Below the pieces are notes generated by a model. The model was not told the origin of the DNA. It searched no databases and saw only the letters and a program-made list of their open reading frames with translations. A stretch of DNA of 64,000 bases from contig NIVC01002494.1 in assembly GCA_002269645.1 (NCBI GenBank), positions 104,631-168,630 of the forward strand. Reading direction: 5' to 3'. The stretch comes from Macrostomum lignano. Its lineage: Eukaryota. Of the stretch, positions 61,030 to 64,000 are shown in pieces. Within the stretch, counting starts at the first letter, position 1; each line of letters begins with the position of its first letter. The position numbers were made by a program, and so were the translations under genes.

Positions 61030-64000
61030 ATGAGGCATCTCGCTGCTGCATTCGCATTGCTGGCGGTGTCGCTCTGCTCAGCTGTGGCTTTGCCGGTCGC
61101 GTTGGCGCCCTTTCTATCCAAGGCTGCCATCATGACTGTAGCCAGAGACGCTGCCATTAACTCTGTCGTAAGCTCGCTTGTAGACAAAGTCTTGAACGGC
61201 GGCGGCGGCGGTGGCGGCGGCGCTGGTGGCGGCGGCGGCAATTTGATCACCAGCTTGGTCAATTTGAGAAAACAGAACGAAGAAACGCTCAACGAGATGA
61301 TGAAGTCTGTCGGCACCGCACCGAATCCGCTCATCACCCAGGAATCGATGAATAAAATGGTCAAAGACTGGTCCCTCCAACCACAGAAGGCGGGAACTCG
61401 CTCCATCAGCCTGCAGGCCGATCAGGGCTTTAACGGACTCGGAAACTACCAGCCTCCAGGATGGGTGATGACGGAGACTTTGAGCGGCCCAGCGAACAAA
61501 ATACCGCAAATGACGGACGAGAAAGTACCGGTGTATCAATATCCGAAGGGAGTGGGTCCGATGCTGATGAACGGCTGTACGGGTCAATTCTATTCAAAAA
61601 GTAGTCCCTGCAACTCCAGCAAGCTCGCTGCTCAGGGACACGCAGTCTGCCCGAACCTCCTGGAAGCCGCCGCCTACGTGGGCGTAGGTTTCGACGGTCG
61701 CGGCTTCTACAAAATCGAGAGCCGCAGGGCCAGCCTAGTGCAGCGTTACTGCTCCAACAAGGCCAGCTTCCAAAACAAAGACGTTCCCGACTCGATGAAC
61801 GTGTTCGGCATCTTTGAGACTACGGCAGAGACCAAGTCCTTCCAGTCTGGAGGGGAATACATGAACTACATCAGAGAGAAGGCCGGCCTGTCAAAACAGA
61901 GGAATCTATTTCGCAGTGAGGCCAGCAAGCACAGCACTTCCGTTTCAGCAACTATCAGCGCTTTTAGCATTTCCTCTGCTTCAAGTGCGACCGGTTACGG
62001 CGAATCGTCCTCGGTAAAATCTGGTGAATCGGTCTCGGAAAATGTTCAGACTGAGAGTTCCAATATGCGGCAGGGGGCTTCTAATACCTTTTTCGCCATC
62101 ATGTATGTCAGCGTCATCATGTACGAGATCACTCTGGATGATGTGAAGCCGCAAGACATCAACTTGGCTGCTCTCAAGGACTACATGAGCTTGCCGGAGT
62201 CCTACTACTCGGTTGGCGCTGACGTCAAGTACCAGAACTTTCTGCTTCGCTGGGGCACGCACTTTATTCGGTCTGGAAAGTTTGGCGGCCAGTTGAAGAT
62301 CACAAAGACTGCGAAGATGAACAAAGTAAAGTCTGTGGCGGAGTTCGCCAGCATCGCCGAGACAGAGTTCCAGTCAATGTTTGCGTCACTGCAGTCCAGG
62401 CACCTGCAGACAACAAGCAAAGTTAGCACTCCTTTTTATGGCGGACAGATAAAGTCTGAACATCAAAGCTCATCGGCAAAATCCGGAAATAGTCGCGTCA
62501 GCACAATGAACCAGAAAAACCAGCTATCTCAGAGCTCAAGCCAATCCGAGTTCACTCAAACTAGCGTCGAAGCTCAAGGAGGAACGCCGGAGATCGCGGA
62601 GGCTCTCGTCGACTTTTACACGCCATCGTTCAAGTCTTTGTATCACAAATGGATCGTCTCAATCAGCGACTACGTGAAGCCGTTCGAGTTCCAGCTAAAG
62701 CCCATCGACCAGCTGTTCAATATGAACATGGACGACCTTTTCCTGTCTGGGAACTTCGATTTTGGCTGCATGGGAGGGGCTGGCAGCAGTAACAAAGTAA
62801 AGATTTTGGTGGAGCCTGGAACCAATCGCAGATACCATCTTGATGAGCAGACTGAATTCCGAGACAACCGGACTGAGACTAGACTAGTGAAGACCTACTG
62901 CAAGTACAGAGACCTGAATGAGTTCAAGACTGATCTGGACAGGCGAACAATCTCTCTGGAGAAAGCAGTTGCGGTCTACATGGCAGAAGGTCCGTTTCCG
63001 ACGTCAACCTACGAGCTGGAAGCTGGGCAGTCTGGCTGCGAAGAGAAGACCTTGGCTCAAATCGACACACTGGACTCCAAGTCAAAGCCTCTGACTTTTC
63101 TGCAGCTCAAAACAGCGCCGTTTCTAATTTCATTTGACCTGCCTGAGGAGATACCAAATTTGCTGCAAAGACAAGCAAAGTACGCTGTGGTCTATCGAGG
63201 AGACAGATGGTTTGCCACTGAGCCAGGAAGCCATCTTGCTCACTTGTATGACGGTTGCCAATTGGGCAACTACAAGCTTGAAGAGCGTAAGAGCAAACCA
63301 AAAATCTGCATTTGGAACATTATCCTCACCTATGAGAACAACACGGGCTTTTTCTACATTGACCACAATGACTTTTCTGCATCTAAACGCCGCAACCCGT
63401 TGATTCCGGGCTGGATGTCTGGCTTAACCGTGGCCAGAGCTTCAAGTCTGAGCATATCGAAGGACCCTGCCTCGACTCCCGAGTCAGTGCCGTGCAACGT
63501 GAAGTGGCTAAACTCCACAGACTCGATCCCAGCAAGAATGAGAGCTGTCTGCACTTTACGGCCGCCACTGAGGGAGACATCTTTGTGATTTTTGCATCCA
63601 TTCAAGAGATCAGTCAACGTGGTACTACCTGCAGATCAATGCAGAGGGTGTTCTGTTTTACAAGGCAATGAAGCTGAAAAAGCGAGACGAAAATAGGGGC
63701 ATGGGGACACTGGGAGACAGGAACCTGTACCAGTCCTACTTTGTGTGCGTACTCCAGTCCAGTGGCTCAGTTCTGATGCAGTTTGATGCCACAAGCACTG
63801 TCTACTCTGGCTACAAGTTTCCGCAGGACAGCCAGTACAGTCGTTTATCTTTCTATACATTTGGCGCAGGCTCAAGGCCAGTGTCTCTGATGGACATTCG
63901 ACTCACCAAGCAGATGCCAAAGGTTCGATGCTTGAATAATAACTACAAACAGTGTGATGGTCACTGCGTCCTTGACTGTCATGCAGAGTGTATCGACTGC
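61030..64000 (+). CDS. Secreted MACPF (perforin-like) protein, 3'-partial, apparently intronless, with two -1 frameshifts at ~63515 and ~63603
   Basis: Signal peptide; poly-Gly linker; MACPF signature YQNFLLRWGTHFIRSGKFGG; S-rich TMH regions; restoring two Cs continues into ...WYYLQIN...LGDRNLYQSYFVC... and a Cys-rich CxxxCxxC repeat at the window edge. Confidence 0.85.

Overview
Eukaryotic (metazoan) genomic DNA with GT-AG introns, many tandem repeats and transposon relics. The style suggests an invertebrate such as a free-living flatworm (Macrostomum-like), which is an unverified inference. Genes: (1) the 3' three exons of LRRC40 (694-3126), plus an inverted, internally deleted remnant of it (~5250-5870); (2) a cluster of CLCA-like genes, made up of two full-length 9-exon genes (31673-36941 and 43011-47615, minus strand) that keep the vWA MIDAS but have lost the HExxH zinc motif, two intact 4-exon 'headless' derivatives lacking the protease-like and vWA domains (6531-8598 minus; 19879-21949 plus), and a last-exon relic; (3) two inverted copies of the 3' end of a Cys-rich/galactose-binding-like gene; (4) a long intronless secreted MACPF gene running off the right edge (61030-64000). 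Architecture: a large inverted duplication (about 11446-18810 vs 23270-31029). Each arm carries a 57-bp satellite (~31 vs ~106 units). The left arm carries a Crypton-type tyrosine-recombinase insertion built from three modules (211, 1852 and 1852 bp), each bounded by CAATG; the empty site is visible in the right arm. Also present are relics of Ngaro/DIRS, Polinton, Gypsy, RTE-like LINE, Penelope (with a hammerhead-like core), Helitron, a tRNA-derived SINE and MITE-like hairpins. All exon models and lengths were derived by hand from the sequence; no database search was run.
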